This document shows positions 10,140-19,787 of a stretch of DNA of 64,000 nt, piece by piece. A program made the position numbers and the translations under genes. Each line of letters begins with the position of its first letter. Within the stretch, counting starts at the first letter, position 1. The notes below the pieces were generated by a model. That model did not search any database. It was not told where the DNA came from and worked only from the letters and a program-made list of their open reading frames with translations. The stretch is from an uncultured virus (IMG/VR IMGVR_UViG_3300031088_000603) (Duplodnaviria; Heunggongvirae; Uroviricota; Caudoviricetes), in the IMG/VR virus record IMGVR_UViG_3300031088_000603. One strand, given 5' to 3'.

Positions 10140-11240
10140 ATGACTTCAAACGAGACTAGCGCGCCTGTGCTGAAAACTGGCGACTTCGCGATCTCCTACA
10201 ACAAGAAGCATGACCGCATCAGCCTCCTATCCGATGACGGCGACTTCGCTGTTGAGGTCGAGACCGGTAGCAAGGCTGAACTTCGATTCCGACGAACCCT
10301 GGTTCGCAATGGTGTGATTGAGCCTGTCGCGCTTACCCTTTTCAATGACATCGAACTGGTTGACGCACCCAACCGATCCATCGATGCTGCCCTCGTCAAT
10401 GATGACCGACCCATCGCTTCGGCAGTCAACATCAACTTCTTCAAGAACCTGTTCATCCCTCACCAGGACGATGTTCGCTACTGGCTAGTCACGCAGAACG
10501 TGGCAGATGAGATTCTTGATGAGGTGATGAATCTCATGTCTACGCTCTCGAATAAGCAGCGCTATGCCGATGCCACTGACGACAACATCAAGCGGTTCGT
10601 CGAGATCCTCCTGTGGGAGAACTCGTACTTTGAGAGCGATATTGGTCTTGCCTGCTTCGATGGTCGCAACCAGTCCAAGCTCATTTCCGGCTCCACCGTG
10701 CGAGATGGTAAGCCCGTCACCATGCTCGACCTTTGCTTCATCACGCACGTATTCCGGGATGAGATGGACTGGTCAAACGTCACCGTTGCTGAGCTTGCAT
10801 TCGCTCTTGGGCGCAACAAGTCGCTGTTCAACTACGTGAAGAGCACGGGTAATTCAGGCAACAAGAGCAGCACGAAAAGTGATGCAGCGATGCGTTTTGT
10901 CACGCTAAAGCAGTTCCGTGCAGTCACCAATAACAACTCGGCATTTGCATGGATGCTGTTGAGCAATAAGGCTGGTGAGGACGCAGGTCAGGCGCGCGCC
11001 AAGCTTGTTGATCGTGTACGCCGGGACGCTGAGCGTCGTCTAGCCCGTGATGCTGTTCGTGGTGCTTGTAAGATGGTTGCAAAGGAGTTCGGCTTCGACC
11101 ATGCAGAGGCTATCTTCAACCAGAAGCACACCTACTTCACGGCGGGGATCATCTTCCCCGACTACATCATCAATGGGGTGCGGGCTGACCTCGACGTGGA
11201 TATCCTGCTTGCTATCCACGGTACGGAGCTACCCTCATGA
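10140..11240 (+). CDS. NDID-tail family protein
   Basis: VTVAELAFALGR and AFAW; C-terminus VRADLDVDILLAI; leaderless start behind a TTGACG promoter. Confidence 0.75.
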   Translation: MTSNETSAPVLKTGDFAISYNKKHDRISLLSDDGDFAVEVETGSKAELRFRRTLVRNGVIEPVALTLFNDIELVDAPNRSIDAALVNDDRPIASAVNINFFKNLFIPHQDDVRYWLVTQNVADEILDEVMNLMSTLSNKQRYADATDDNIKRFVEILLWENSYFESDIGLACFDGRNQSKLISGSTVRDGKPVTMLDLCFITHVFRDEMDWSNVTVAELAFALGRNKSLFNYVKSTGNSGNKSSTKSDAAMRFVTLKQFRAVTNNNSAFAWMLLSNKAGEDAGQARAKLVDRVRRDAERRLARDAVRGACKMVAKEFGFDHAEAIFNQKHTYFTAGIIFPDYIINGVRADLDVDILLAIHGTELPS

Positions 11241-11752
11241 GCATTGAGTCAATGTATATCTCGCACAGTACCCCCGAAGAGTACCGGGGTAGGAAGCTTC
11301 CAAAGGGGCAGTTCTCGGAGTGGCTTTCAGCGTTCCTTGACACCGAGCAACTACCCCGTTGGATTATGTTGCAGTGGTTCGACACGGTAGGCGACAAGGG
11401 CATCATCGATGACTTTCTCTACCGCAACTCGTGGGTCATTATGGACAAGATCAAGTCACGTCATGACTATGGCATGGTTCGTAATGCACAGTCGAATGTC
11501 GCGGTGAACCTCCGATGGCACAGGCGCGAGATTGCTAAGGTTGACTACTATCAGCGATTTGAGGGCGAATCCTTCATGGTCACGGTGATGTGTTTTGCCG
11601 GTGCTCCGCTGGAAAAGGTTCTCGAACTACAGCGACTGGGAATCGATAAGGTATTCTCTCTGTTTGTGAGGAAGATCCCCATCGATGACATCGCGGGATT
11701 CCTAGAGAACGATATCGACCTTTCTCTCATTGAATCGCTCCGGGAAGGGTGA
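11237..11752 (+). CDS. NDID-tail family protein
   Basis: C-terminus FLENDIDLSLIESLREG. Confidence 0.75.
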   Translation: MSIESMYISHSTPEEYRGRKLPKGQFSEWLSAFLDTEQLPRWIMLQWFDTVGDKGIIDDFLYRNSWVIMDKIKSRHDYGMVRNAQSNVAVNLRWHRREIAKVDYYQRFEGESFMVTVMCFAGAPLEKVLELQRLGIDKVFSLFVRKIPIDDIAGFLENDIDLSLIESLREG

Positions 11753-12752
11753 CGTTTTGGATGATGGCATCCCATACCTAGGGCGCAACAGGTCCGTGAA
11801 TGGTCGCGGCACGCTAGCGCTCATTGGTGGTGCCAGGATGAGGTCTGAGCTTCGGATGCTTGTCGAAAAGAAAGACAATGCTGCTAGGGCGCTTGGCATC
11901 TCAACTGAGCAGATTGACACCTTTGTCTCTTATTGGGGAGAGATGCTTGGTGCCTTTGCCGATGACACTAAGAACGACCATCCCAATGACTGCTCAGGGC
12001 AATTGGGTGAAATTAGGGTGGGGTCGGATAGAGTCGGCAGTGTCGTCATTTTGGACGTGCTGAACCTCGTTGACATCATGTGCGTAGTCTTCCCACAGAT
12101 GAGGTTCGATCCTCAGTGGGAGATGCAGGAGGTGCGGTGTGACAGGTGCTATGAGACCTTTACTGCGGCGATTGTCGAAGTGGACTCGCTTCCTCCTATC
12201 ATGGATGCATTCAACAAGGATGTCCCCGTGTGTGCATTTACGCTATCGACGGTCTACAGCAATTTCGCTGGGGTCTTCTCTGCGCTACGGAAGATCGATA
12301 TCAGCAACGAGGATGTCACCCGCGCCATAAAAGACCTCACAGGGGCGCAGGTGGCTTCTGAGCCGTACTTTGGCTCGACGTGGGTGCCGACAACATGGGG
12401 TGCTCAGTATGGTGGGTTATCAGCTTTGCGAAAGATTAGACGGCATCTTGAACTCTGGAAGAGCAATGGCGCTTCTGATGAAGTTGCACTGATGGCTCTC
12501 TTGGTTGAGTGCATTATTCACCAAGGTGACGTGGAAAGCGCGGTGTGGTCATTCATCACTAAGACGCTAGCTGACCCCGATGAGCGAGCGAGGTTCATGT
12601 ATGAACTCGACAAGTTCCACTCCATCTGGCAAAGAGAGACCCCTGAGCCAGAGATATCCGACGACCGGCTACGTAGGTTCGCTCGGGCGTATGAATTCGG
12701 TATCGATTTCGGTATCTTGAATGAACTTAGCGGAGAACGCTACGTATCCTAA
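11730..12752 (+). CDS. NDID-tail family protein with CxxC (start uncertain); paralogue of 47546
   Basis: VRCDRCYETF; WKSNGASDEVALMALL; C-terminus YEFGIDFGILNEL. Confidence 0.65.
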   Translation: MNRSGKGDVLDDGIPYLGRNRSVNGRGTLALIGGARMRSELRMLVEKKDNAARALGISTEQIDTFVSYWGEMLGAFADDTKNDHPNDCSGQLGEIRVGSDRVGSVVILDVLNLVDIMCVVFPQMRFDPQWEMQEVRCDRCYETFTAAIVEVDSLPPIMDAFNKDVPVCAFTLSTVYSNFAGVFSALRKIDISNEDVTRAIKDLTGAQVASEPYFGSTWVPTTWGAQYGGLSALRKIRRHLELWKSNGASDEVALMALLVECIIHQGDVESAVWSFITKTLADPDERARFMYELDKFHSIWQRETPEPEISDDRLRRFARAYEFGIDFGILNELSGERYVS

Positions 12753-13346
12753 TCAGAGCAGTTTTCTTGCCTTCTCCATCAGTGGGTATCGGTTCCCAGA
12801 GTGCTTCATGATGTCGTTGTGGATGGTCGTAAACCCCGCGTCGGTGTAGTAGTTCTCCAGGTGCTCGATACCCTGTGTTGACATGCGAATCATGGCTGCG
12901 GTGCCAATGGGAAAGCAGTACAGAATGCTGCGGTCGGGGGAGGTGACCTCTTCCATCTTCTCAATGAGTCGATGACCGAGCTTACGCCCAAGCTGGCGGT
13001 AGACGTTGAGCGTGTAGATGAAGAGGATACGTTCGTTCGGCTTGGCATTGATGATTGCCTCTCTACCGGCGAAGTCTCCAAAGTCAATGATGCCATCCAG
13101 ATTCTTGCTGTAGGCACCCTCATCGTCAGCAACGACTAGGTACGCATCTACCTTGCCCAGTACCATGTCGTCAGACACGAATTCCTCGTAGTTCGGAACG
13201 TCACGCACTGCGTTGTTCGCCATGAGACGAATAACGTAATGTGCTGTTGCTAGCTCGGGGAAGTCCTCAACCTTTTCGACCGAGAAGTAGCTGTGTTCAA
13301 TGACTGCGGAGATAGTCGCGTTCTGTTCAGGAGTGTAGGAATTCAC
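12753..13346 (-). CDS. putative GNAT-fold acetyltransferase
   Basis: ILFIYTLNV..GRKLGHRLIE and LENYYTDAGF resemble GNAT motifs A and B. Confidence 0.5.
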   Translation of the reverse strand: MNSYTPEQNATISAVIEHSYFSVEKVEDFPELATAHYVIRLMANNAVRDVPNYEEFVSDDMVLGKVDAYLVVADDEGAYSKNLDGIIDFGDFAGREAIINAKPNERILFIYTLNVYRQLGRKLGHRLIEKMEEVTSPDRSILYCFPIGTAAMIRMSTQGIEHLENYYTDAGFTTIHNDIMKHSGNRYPLMEKARKLL

Positions 13347-13435
13347 ACGGGGATAGTAGAGTCAGGCAGGCTTGATGTCAATGGTGTGAAGTGTAGACGC
13401 ATGATGATATCGGATGCTCCTGGTAACATTGACGC

Positions 13436-14587
13436 ATGACCACCACACCACATCACATCATCGACAAGAATGGGAAACACACCACCGTTCATCGACGTGT
13501 TGATGGTGCTTCGTCAAACAAGAAGGCAATTCCGACAGCGCCGACAACACCTATCAAATACCAGGATTACCGGCAGAACGGCGTACTGACTGGTCGAGAG
13601 ATGCTAATGCTTGGTGGCACTGCTGAGCTAGGAAGATACCTTCGAGATAACTTCGGTTGGCAACCCGTCATTCGCGCAACTGACAGTAATTTTGGTGTCA
13701 TCGAAGGTGCTCCCGACTATAACTCCTTGTGGGACAAGATGGCTGTAATGACACCCGAAGGAGCCATTATTGATGGCTATGGTGTCTACACCAAAGAGCA
13801 GTACATGAAAGCCGCAACGCACAAGACAGAGCGACTTTGCGAAGTGGGCGAAGACATCTTCGATGAGATTACCGAAGATATCGACCAGCCCGGAACCTCT
13901 GCTGGAATGATCGCCGTAGTGGCTTCCAAGATCCATATGTCCGTCTACGGAACAAACTCTATCGACTGGCACCGTGAGCTAGACGATGCTGATGTGGTCA
14001 ACGTCAATGGCAAGGACTTCTACGTTGGTATCGAGGGATGGAACAGCCTTGCATGTCAGAAATGCGGCACATTCCTTCATGAGTCAGTGCTGTCCATAGA
14101 TATCGAATGGGGAGATGCGAATACTTGCCAGCAATGCGGAGATGAGTTCAGTCTCGCCACTCTGACGTGTGCTATTCGACCTGGGTCAGTTGACTTACTT
14201 GACGATGATTATGCGCGTGAAGTCTCCTGGTATCACGCCAGTGTCAATCCCAACTGGGGAGAAGAAATAGCGAAAGCCGTTGATAATCCAGTCGTTCACT
14301 TGGGAGAGAAAGACACTGCGTTAGATAGGGCTAGTCATGTCAATTCCAGTGGCTTGTCTAAGATGTACCTCTACGAGGTCAAGATCAAACCAGAAGCTCC
14401 GCTATCCGCCTCGCTTCATCCTGATGACAACGTGAATCAGCCGCAAAATGCTGATCAGATGAGCAAGAAGGACGGCATGACTGGTAATGGTGTCAACAGG
14501 TATTTGAACGAGTACGAGACACAAGGCGCTATCTCACTGATGGCGCATAACCAGTCATTCGAAGTCATCGGAATGACAGCCATCTAG
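13436..14587 (+). CDS. DKNG-leader protein with Zn ribbon and ADP-ribosyltransferase-like C-terminal domain
   Basis: IIDKNGKHTTVHRR; CQKC..CQQC; WYHAS..VVHLG..LYEVKI..RYLNEYETQGAIS. Confidence 0.65.
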   Translation: MTTTPHHIIDKNGKHTTVHRRVDGASSNKKAIPTAPTTPIKYQDYRQNGVLTGREMLMLGGTAELGRYLRDNFGWQPVIRATDSNFGVIEGAPDYNSLWDKMAVMTPEGAIIDGYGVYTKEQYMKAATHKTERLCEVGEDIFDEITEDIDQPGTSAGMIAVVASKIHMSVYGTNSIDWHRELDDADVVNVNGKDFYVGIEGWNSLACQKCGTFLHESVLSIDIEWGDANTCQQCGDEFSLATLTCAIRPGSVDLLDDDYAREVSWYHASVNPNWGEEIAKAVDNPVVHLGEKDTALDRASHVNSSGLSKMYLYEVKIKPEAPLSASLHPDDNVNQPQNADQMSKKDGMTGNGVNRYLNEYETQGAISLMAHNQSFEVIGMTAI

Positions 14588-14635
14588 CTAGCGACCGATG
14601 TACCTGATACGATAGAACCAACCTAAGGAGAACGC

Positions 14636-15232
14636 ATGTCGAACCTCACCCCTAAGAGCATCGTTGACAAGAACGGTAAGGCAACGACCGTCCACATCAA
14701 CCCCGATGACAAGGGCAGCATCGCCAAGGAGCGACTCGACGCTCTTGCCGCTAAGCGCAAGGCAAAGGACGATGAGCCTTACACGCCTGCCAAGTTCGGT
14801 AAGCTCTCCGACAGGTTGCAGGACCGTCAGCAGAACTACACCCCGCAGGAGTTCGTTGAGGGTCGTCCTGACTACGAGTTCAACCCGCCTGAGCTTGCCG
14901 AGCTTGGCTTCGAGGGATTCCGCTTCACGACAGAGTACTCCGGTGGTCGCGTGAGTAGCGCATTCGTCATCCTCACCGAGCCTCGACCCGAAGAGGACAA
15001 GGACTACATCGACCGCTTCAAGCACGCCGTGCAGATGTCCTACTCGCCCGATGATGACCCCTATGTCATCACTGAGATCGATGCAGATGAGCTTCCTGGT
15101 CACACCAAGGAATCGCTCACCGATGCCATCAACACGCACGGTATGGACGGTGCGTGGATGAGCCTGAACACCTTCGAAGAGGCAATCGAGTTCTACGGCG
15201 GTCCTGACAAGGATGGTCACCTCCGCCGCTAA
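14636..15232 (+). CDS. DKNG-leader acidic protein
   Basis: IVDKNGKATTVHI; SD AAGGAG. Confidence 0.75.
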   Translation: MSNLTPKSIVDKNGKATTVHINPDDKGSIAKERLDALAAKRKAKDDEPYTPAKFGKLSDRLQDRQQNYTPQEFVEGRPDYEFNPPELAELGFEGFRFTTEYSGGRVSSAFVILTEPRPEEDKDYIDRFKHAVQMSYSPDDDPYVITEIDADELPGHTKESLTDAINTHGMDGAWMSLNTFEEAIEFYGGPDKDGHLRR

Positions 15233-15301
15233 GTACCACCAGAAGAACCCTCCGTTGCAACTAACCGCGACGGAGGGTTTCTTCTTTGCTACGATGTCGC
15301 C

Positions 15302-15805
15302 ATGTTTCGAGATGAGTATGACGCGCAGTTGAAGAAAGAGTTGGGCATTTCCGATAAGCCCTACTACATCTTCCTTGCGGTGGTCGGAGTTCTTGCGCTC
15401 ATCGGATTCATCTTTGCTGCCCAGGCTGTTGATCGGTTCAACACGAACAGGTGGAACGACCAGGCTATCCATGATCTCAAGAACATCGCGGTGGCACAGG
15501 ACTTCACCCTCCACCGCGTTGACCATTACGGTGACTCAGTGCGCGACATCAATAACATCTCGCTAGAACTGACACAGAAGGACATCAAGGGCATCAACCT
15601 TCTAATTGACCCAGGTGTCGAGACCTCGGTGAAGACCAACAAGGACCGAACTGCGTATGTTGCAGCGGTCATGTCGAAGACCGGGAGCGTGTATACCCTC
15701 TCATCAGAGTCAAACGATATTGAGTCGTACGGTTCGCTGGAAGAGTATGAGCGTGATGCGGAGTCTCCGCTCGATGATGTTCTCATGCCGGTGTTCAACC
15801 TGTAG
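15302..15805 (+). CDS. membrane-anchored pilin-like protein
   Basis: TM followed by DQAIHDLKNIAVAQ helix and YVAAVMSKTGSVY. Confidence 0.55.
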   Translation: MFRDEYDAQLKKELGISDKPYYIFLAVVGVLALIGFIFAAQAVDRFNTNRWNDQAIHDLKNIAVAQDFTLHRVDHYGDSVRDINNISLELTQKDIKGINLLIDPGVETSVKTNKDRTAYVAAVMSKTGSVYTLSSESNDIESYGSLEEYERDAESPLDDVLMPVFNL

Positions 15806-15853
15806 CCTCTGAGCCGTCTCACCCTTACGGTATGATTGGTTCAGGAAGAGAAC

Positions 15854-17113
15854 ATGACTACCGTACCTACCCCAATCGTTGACAAGAACGGCAAGAGGAC
15901 CACTGTCTATCGCCGTCTACTCGGGCGCTTTGGTCGCAGCCGAGAGCTTCCCGCAGTCGTTGCTAAGAAGGAGATTCAGGAGAGGTCTTTCGATGTCGAA
16001 TCGGGAGTCTTGACCAAGAGTCAAGTCAAACTTCTGCGTCATGATCCTACAGCGATTAGAAGCCTCTGTGATCACTTCAATTGGGAGATGATGGCTATTG
16101 GTCCCGTGCCTAAGAACATCAAAGTCCGCGAAAAAAGCGGAGGCGGACCTCAGTCATGGAATATCAACTGTCAGAACTGGTATGGCTTCGCTGCTGTTAC
16201 ACCGGACGGCGCTATCGTCGATACGACAGGTATCTACGCTTCGGTTGAGTCGTTCAGAGCATCTCTTCCGCTCGATGCTGTACCCCGTGCTTCTTTCCAA
16301 AAGGTCGAGAGGAATCTCGTGCCTAGAAAGTCGATGGATTACGACCACATCGATCCTTCTATTGCTATCGAGAAGATAGGGTACGCGGCGCTCAGTGGCG
16401 ACCATAGAGACGCTCTGACAACCGTTGACGACATCCCGTCCATCTCCCTAGGCAAGGAGCAGGCACGTCGCTCTCAGGAAGACGTAGAACTCGGTCGTGA
16501 GCCTTCAGGATTTGATGTGCCCATCGCCACTAAGCGTTTTCTGGTTGCATGTCCGCTCTGCCAGACGTTCTATCGCGACAGTGATGCTAACTCGGCATCA
16601 GTAGGCATGGAATGCCCTGGTTGCGGTAAGTACAACGAACCCCATACGTTGATTGTTGGCGTTCTTCCTGAAGATGTCGAGCTACTCACCAGTGATGATG
16701 CTGTTAGACAGAGAACGTGGTATCACGTCAGCACTCGCGAAGACTGGATGGGTGAAATTGACAAGGCGGAAGTCACGCCGGTTGTTCATCTCGGGTCGAA
16801 GAAGGCTGCCTACGAAAGAACTAATCAGTTGGAGTTCAAGAATCTTCGCATCTACGAGGTAAAGCTCAACGACGACATCCCTATCTCGCCGGTCATCGAG
16901 ATAGATGACACTGACAGGCAACCAATCACTGTTGACCAGTTAGAGCCACACCCCAACATGGTTGATGGTGCTAACCGCTACATCAACTCGTTTGAAGACT
17001 GCGGGAGTGTGTCGTTGATGGTGAACCCGACAATGTTCACGGTCATAGACTCTAAATCCATCCGCTATGACCTTGCCACGATGAGGCTTGCCGAGACAGT
17101 CAGGGGAGAATGA
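15854..17113 (+). CDS. DKNG-leader protein with Zn ribbon and ART-like domain (paralogue of 13436)
   Basis: IVDKNGKRTTVYRR; CPLC..CPGC; WYHVS..VVHLG..IYEVKL..RYINSFEDCGSVSL. Confidence 0.65.
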   Translation: MTTVPTPIVDKNGKRTTVYRRLLGRFGRSRELPAVVAKKEIQERSFDVESGVLTKSQVKLLRHDPTAIRSLCDHFNWEMMAIGPVPKNIKVREKSGGGPQSWNINCQNWYGFAAVTPDGAIVDTTGIYASVESFRASLPLDAVPRASFQKVERNLVPRKSMDYDHIDPSIAIEKIGYAALSGDHRDALTTVDDIPSISLGKEQARRSQEDVELGREPSGFDVPIATKRFLVACPLCQTFYRDSDANSASVGMECPGCGKYNEPHTLIVGVLPEDVELLTSDDAVRQRTWYHVSTREDWMGEIDKAEVTPVVHLGSKKAAYERTNQLEFKNLRIYEVKLNDDIPISPVIEIDDTDRQPITVDQLEPHPNMVDGANRYINSFEDCGSVSLMVNPTMFTVIDSKSIRYDLATMRLAETVRGE

Positions 17114-18276
17114 CAATGAGCACAGTACCCACCTCAATCATCGACAAGAACGGTAAGCGAACCACCGTGCATCGCCGTGTCGATAAGGCTAGTGGTGCCG
17201 ATAGAAGCATCCCGTCAGTAGTCAAGGCATCTAAGGTCAAGCCGATGGACTTTGCCAAAGAGGGTGTCCTTCTGCCACACGAGTCTGACACCTATTGGAA
17301 CAGGCATCTACTGGTCCGAAAGCTCTGCCAGGACTACGGATGGGACATGGTTGCCTTTGGTCCTGTAGGTCCGGACGATAAGGTCATCGAAAGCGCATTA
17401 GGCAAAGAGGGCGATTGGTATGAGGTTGCGGCACTGACACCAGAAGGTGCTCTCGTCAACACCAAGGGTATCTTCAACTCAATTGCCGAGCTACATGGTA
17501 CGTTTCGTGGAAACATCGACCGCTACCCATTGCAGAAGATCGAACTAGACAGCATCGTCTACTTTGAGGACATGACGAAGGGTTGGGGTGATGGCAGGGC
17601 TGACATCGATATCGTCTCAGCGAAGATTCATGGTGCTGTTACTGGTCAAGGCGGCGATGAGTGGATGGAGAACGTCGCAGATCTTGACAGTATCACGTTC
17701 AATGGTCAGCGTATCGCTATCGGCGTAGATACTCATAGCAACTTCGCGTGCCTGCAATGCGGCAACCTGTTCCAGTCCGGTATCAAGATGAACTACAACC
17801 CGCAGTGTCAAGCCTGTGGTGCTATCTCATCTCGTGACGACATCGAGGTTGTTCTCAAGCCTGAGTCGGTGCCGATGCTTCAAGATGACAAGAACGTTCT
17901 GGAAGCTTCCTGGTATCACATCAGCATCCGTAAGGACTGGGTTGCAGACCTTAACTCGGACGAAGACAAGCCTGTCGTTCACCTTGGTTCCAAAGAGGCG
18001 GCTATGGAGCGCATGAGCGATATCGGTGAAGATGAGATGTACCTCTATGAGGTGAAGTTGAACCCTGGTATTCCTATCGCTAAGCACCTTGAAGACGACC
18101 TCAACGACTACCAGCCGGAGCTTGTTTCGCAGATGGAGAAGAGTACCGTCATGGAGGCGGATGGTGCCAACAGGTACATCAACCGCTATGAGGATGCAGG
18201 CTCGGTGTCACTCATGGTTTCACCCGATAGCTTCACGGTGACTAAGGTCGAGTTGATTGGTGTAGAAGACAAATGA
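17110..18276 (+). CDS. DKNG-leader protein with Zn ribbon and ART-like domain (paralogue of 13436)
   Basis: IIDKNGKRTTVHRR; CLQC..CQAC; WYHIS..VVHLG..LYEVKL..RYINRYEDAGSVSL. Confidence 0.65.
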   Translation: MTMSTVPTSIIDKNGKRTTVHRRVDKASGADRSIPSVVKASKVKPMDFAKEGVLLPHESDTYWNRHLLVRKLCQDYGWDMVAFGPVGPDDKVIESALGKEGDWYEVAALTPEGALVNTKGIFNSIAELHGTFRGNIDRYPLQKIELDSIVYFEDMTKGWGDGRADIDIVSAKIHGAVTGQGGDEWMENVADLDSITFNGQRIAIGVDTHSNFACLQCGNLFQSGIKMNYNPQCQACGAISSRDDIEVVLKPESVPMLQDDKNVLEASWYHISIRKDWVADLNSDEDKPVVHLGSKEAAMERMSDIGEDEMYLYEVKLNPGIPIAKHLEDDLNDYQPELVSQMEKSTVMEADGANRYINRYEDAGSVSLMVSPDSFTVTKVELIGVEDK

Positions 18277-18791
18277 CAACCGTACCTACCCAGGTCATCG
18301 ACAAGAATGGTAGGCAGACAACTGTTCACAAGTCGGTGGGTAAGGCATCCGCGAATCAGCGAATTCCAGCACCTCGCAAAGAGTCAGTGACCGCCATTCA
18401 TCGTCGTCTCAGTGACTCCGATGACGCTTCCATGTCCGGCATTAGAAGCTACTTCAAGGACTTCTCCACACCAGAAGGTTCATCCAACTTCTGTGAGGGC
18501 GCTTCTATCGATCTCGTCGAGATGATAGGTGGTGAGATGATTCGCGTCACCGGTCTCGTCGAGGAACCAACCCGCAATCCCAACAGCGCATCTCAATCTG
18601 CCATTGAGCACCATGCTGTGCTCAAAAATGGCTATGTCTATGACGTGACTGCTCGTCAGTTTGAGCCTGATGCTGACTTCCCGGAAATCGTTCCTGCCGA
18701 AGAGTTCTTTGCCAAATGGGACCAAATCGAGGTCTACGGCAAGGACGATGACGGTGAAGAAGGATGGAACTCACTATCGGATGAACTGTGA
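18273..18791 (+). CDS. DKNG-leader protein with putative papain/transglutaminase-like Cys-His-Asp domain
   Basis: VIDKNGRQTTVHK; NFCEGAS..EHHAVL..YDVTARQF. Confidence 0.55.
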   Translation: MTTVPTQVIDKNGRQTTVHKSVGKASANQRIPAPRKESVTAIHRRLSDSDDASMSGIRSYFKDFSTPEGSSNFCEGASIDLVEMIGGEMIRVTGLVEEPTRNPNSASQSAIEHHAVLKNGYVYDVTARQFEPDADFPEIVPAEEFFAKWDQIEVYGKDDDGEEGWNSLSDEL

Positions 18792-18865
18792 GCTAACTTT
18801 TGCTTCCTATCACGATTCAAATGAGTTACTCTTTCCGCCTAGCAGCAATCACAGGAGAGATTTAG

Positions 18866-19222
18866 ATGGGTTACCGCTCAGAGCACTTCATTGGTTACGG
18901 GGTCAATCTTGGCAGCCCTTCGGAGTTCCCCGAGTCCTTAGCGGCTCTTCCCGGTACTGGATTTGCCACCGGTCTTGAAACGCTCATCCGCCGTGAGATG
19001 CCTCGCTTTCGAGTTGCTATCGCCGGAGACCTTCGTTCAGAGAATCCCCAGTACGTTGTCGTACTGGGCAGCACCATCGGGTCGGTGAAGACTACCGCTC
19101 AGGATGCCGTTGATGCTGCTGATGAACTAAGCGAAGACGAATCGTTGATACTGGATGTCTTCTTGAAGCAGTTCGATGTCACGCAAGAAGCCAATTGGAT
19201 TGAATGGGAGCGAGTCTCCTAA
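18866..19222 (+). CDS. hypothetical protein, paralogue of 22874
   Basis: MGY..GYGVNLG..VAIAGDL..WIEW; SD AGGAG. Confidence 0.7.
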   Translation: MGYRSEHFIGYGVNLGSPSEFPESLAALPGTGFATGLETLIRREMPRFRVAIAGDLRSENPQYVVVLGSTIGSVKTTAQDAVDAADELSEDESLILDVFLKQFDVTQEANWIEWERVS

Positions 19223-19231
19223 TAGGAGTAA

Positions 19232-19720
19232 GTGGATATGAGTAAGAGTCTGTTGAAAGCTGTTGGTTTCGTTGCTGCTGGTGCCGGAGGTGCTGCCGCT
19301 GCTGGGGCGGCTTACTACACCTTCTTCCACCCCTTCAATGAGAAGGTCGAAGCACCCGCTAAGAACGTCCGTCACAAGGAGTTTGATGTCCGCGCCAAGA
19401 ACGTCATCAACACCATCACGAGTGCTGAGGAACTCATCTACTTCAACACTGGTTTCTACGCCGATTCACTCGATGGTCTCGTGAGTAACGCTGCCTCTTT
19501 CGGCTTGAACGTCGATATCGCAGCACTGCGTTCGGAAGCCGATATCTCACTTGTAGGAACTGATGACCAGGATGACTTTGCTGTCATCGTGAAGTCTCAC
19601 TCAGGTCGTGTCTTTGTCCAGACCTCGCACTATGGCAAGATCCTCTCATACACGAACCCGGAGGATTACAACACCAAGACTGGTGGCGTTGTGGGTGGAA
19701 TTACCGTTCCGCTTTTCTAA
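19232..19720 (+). CDS. pilin-like membrane/secreted protein
   Basis: Ala-rich hydrophobic N-terminus; ITSAEELIYFNTGFYADSL and FAVIVKSHSGRVF resemble 15302. Confidence 0.55.
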   Translation: MDMSKSLLKAVGFVAAGAGGAAAAGAAYYTFFHPFNEKVEAPAKNVRHKEFDVRAKNVINTITSAEELIYFNTGFYADSLDGLVSNAASFGLNVDIAALRSEADISLVGTDDQDDFAVIVKSHSGRVFVQTSHYGKILSYTNPEDYNTKTGGVVGGITVPLF

Positions 19721-19787
19721 GCGCTGAACAGCATAGAAGAAAGCCCCGACGATGTTCTGTCGGGGCTTTCTTCGTACCTAAGGGTTA

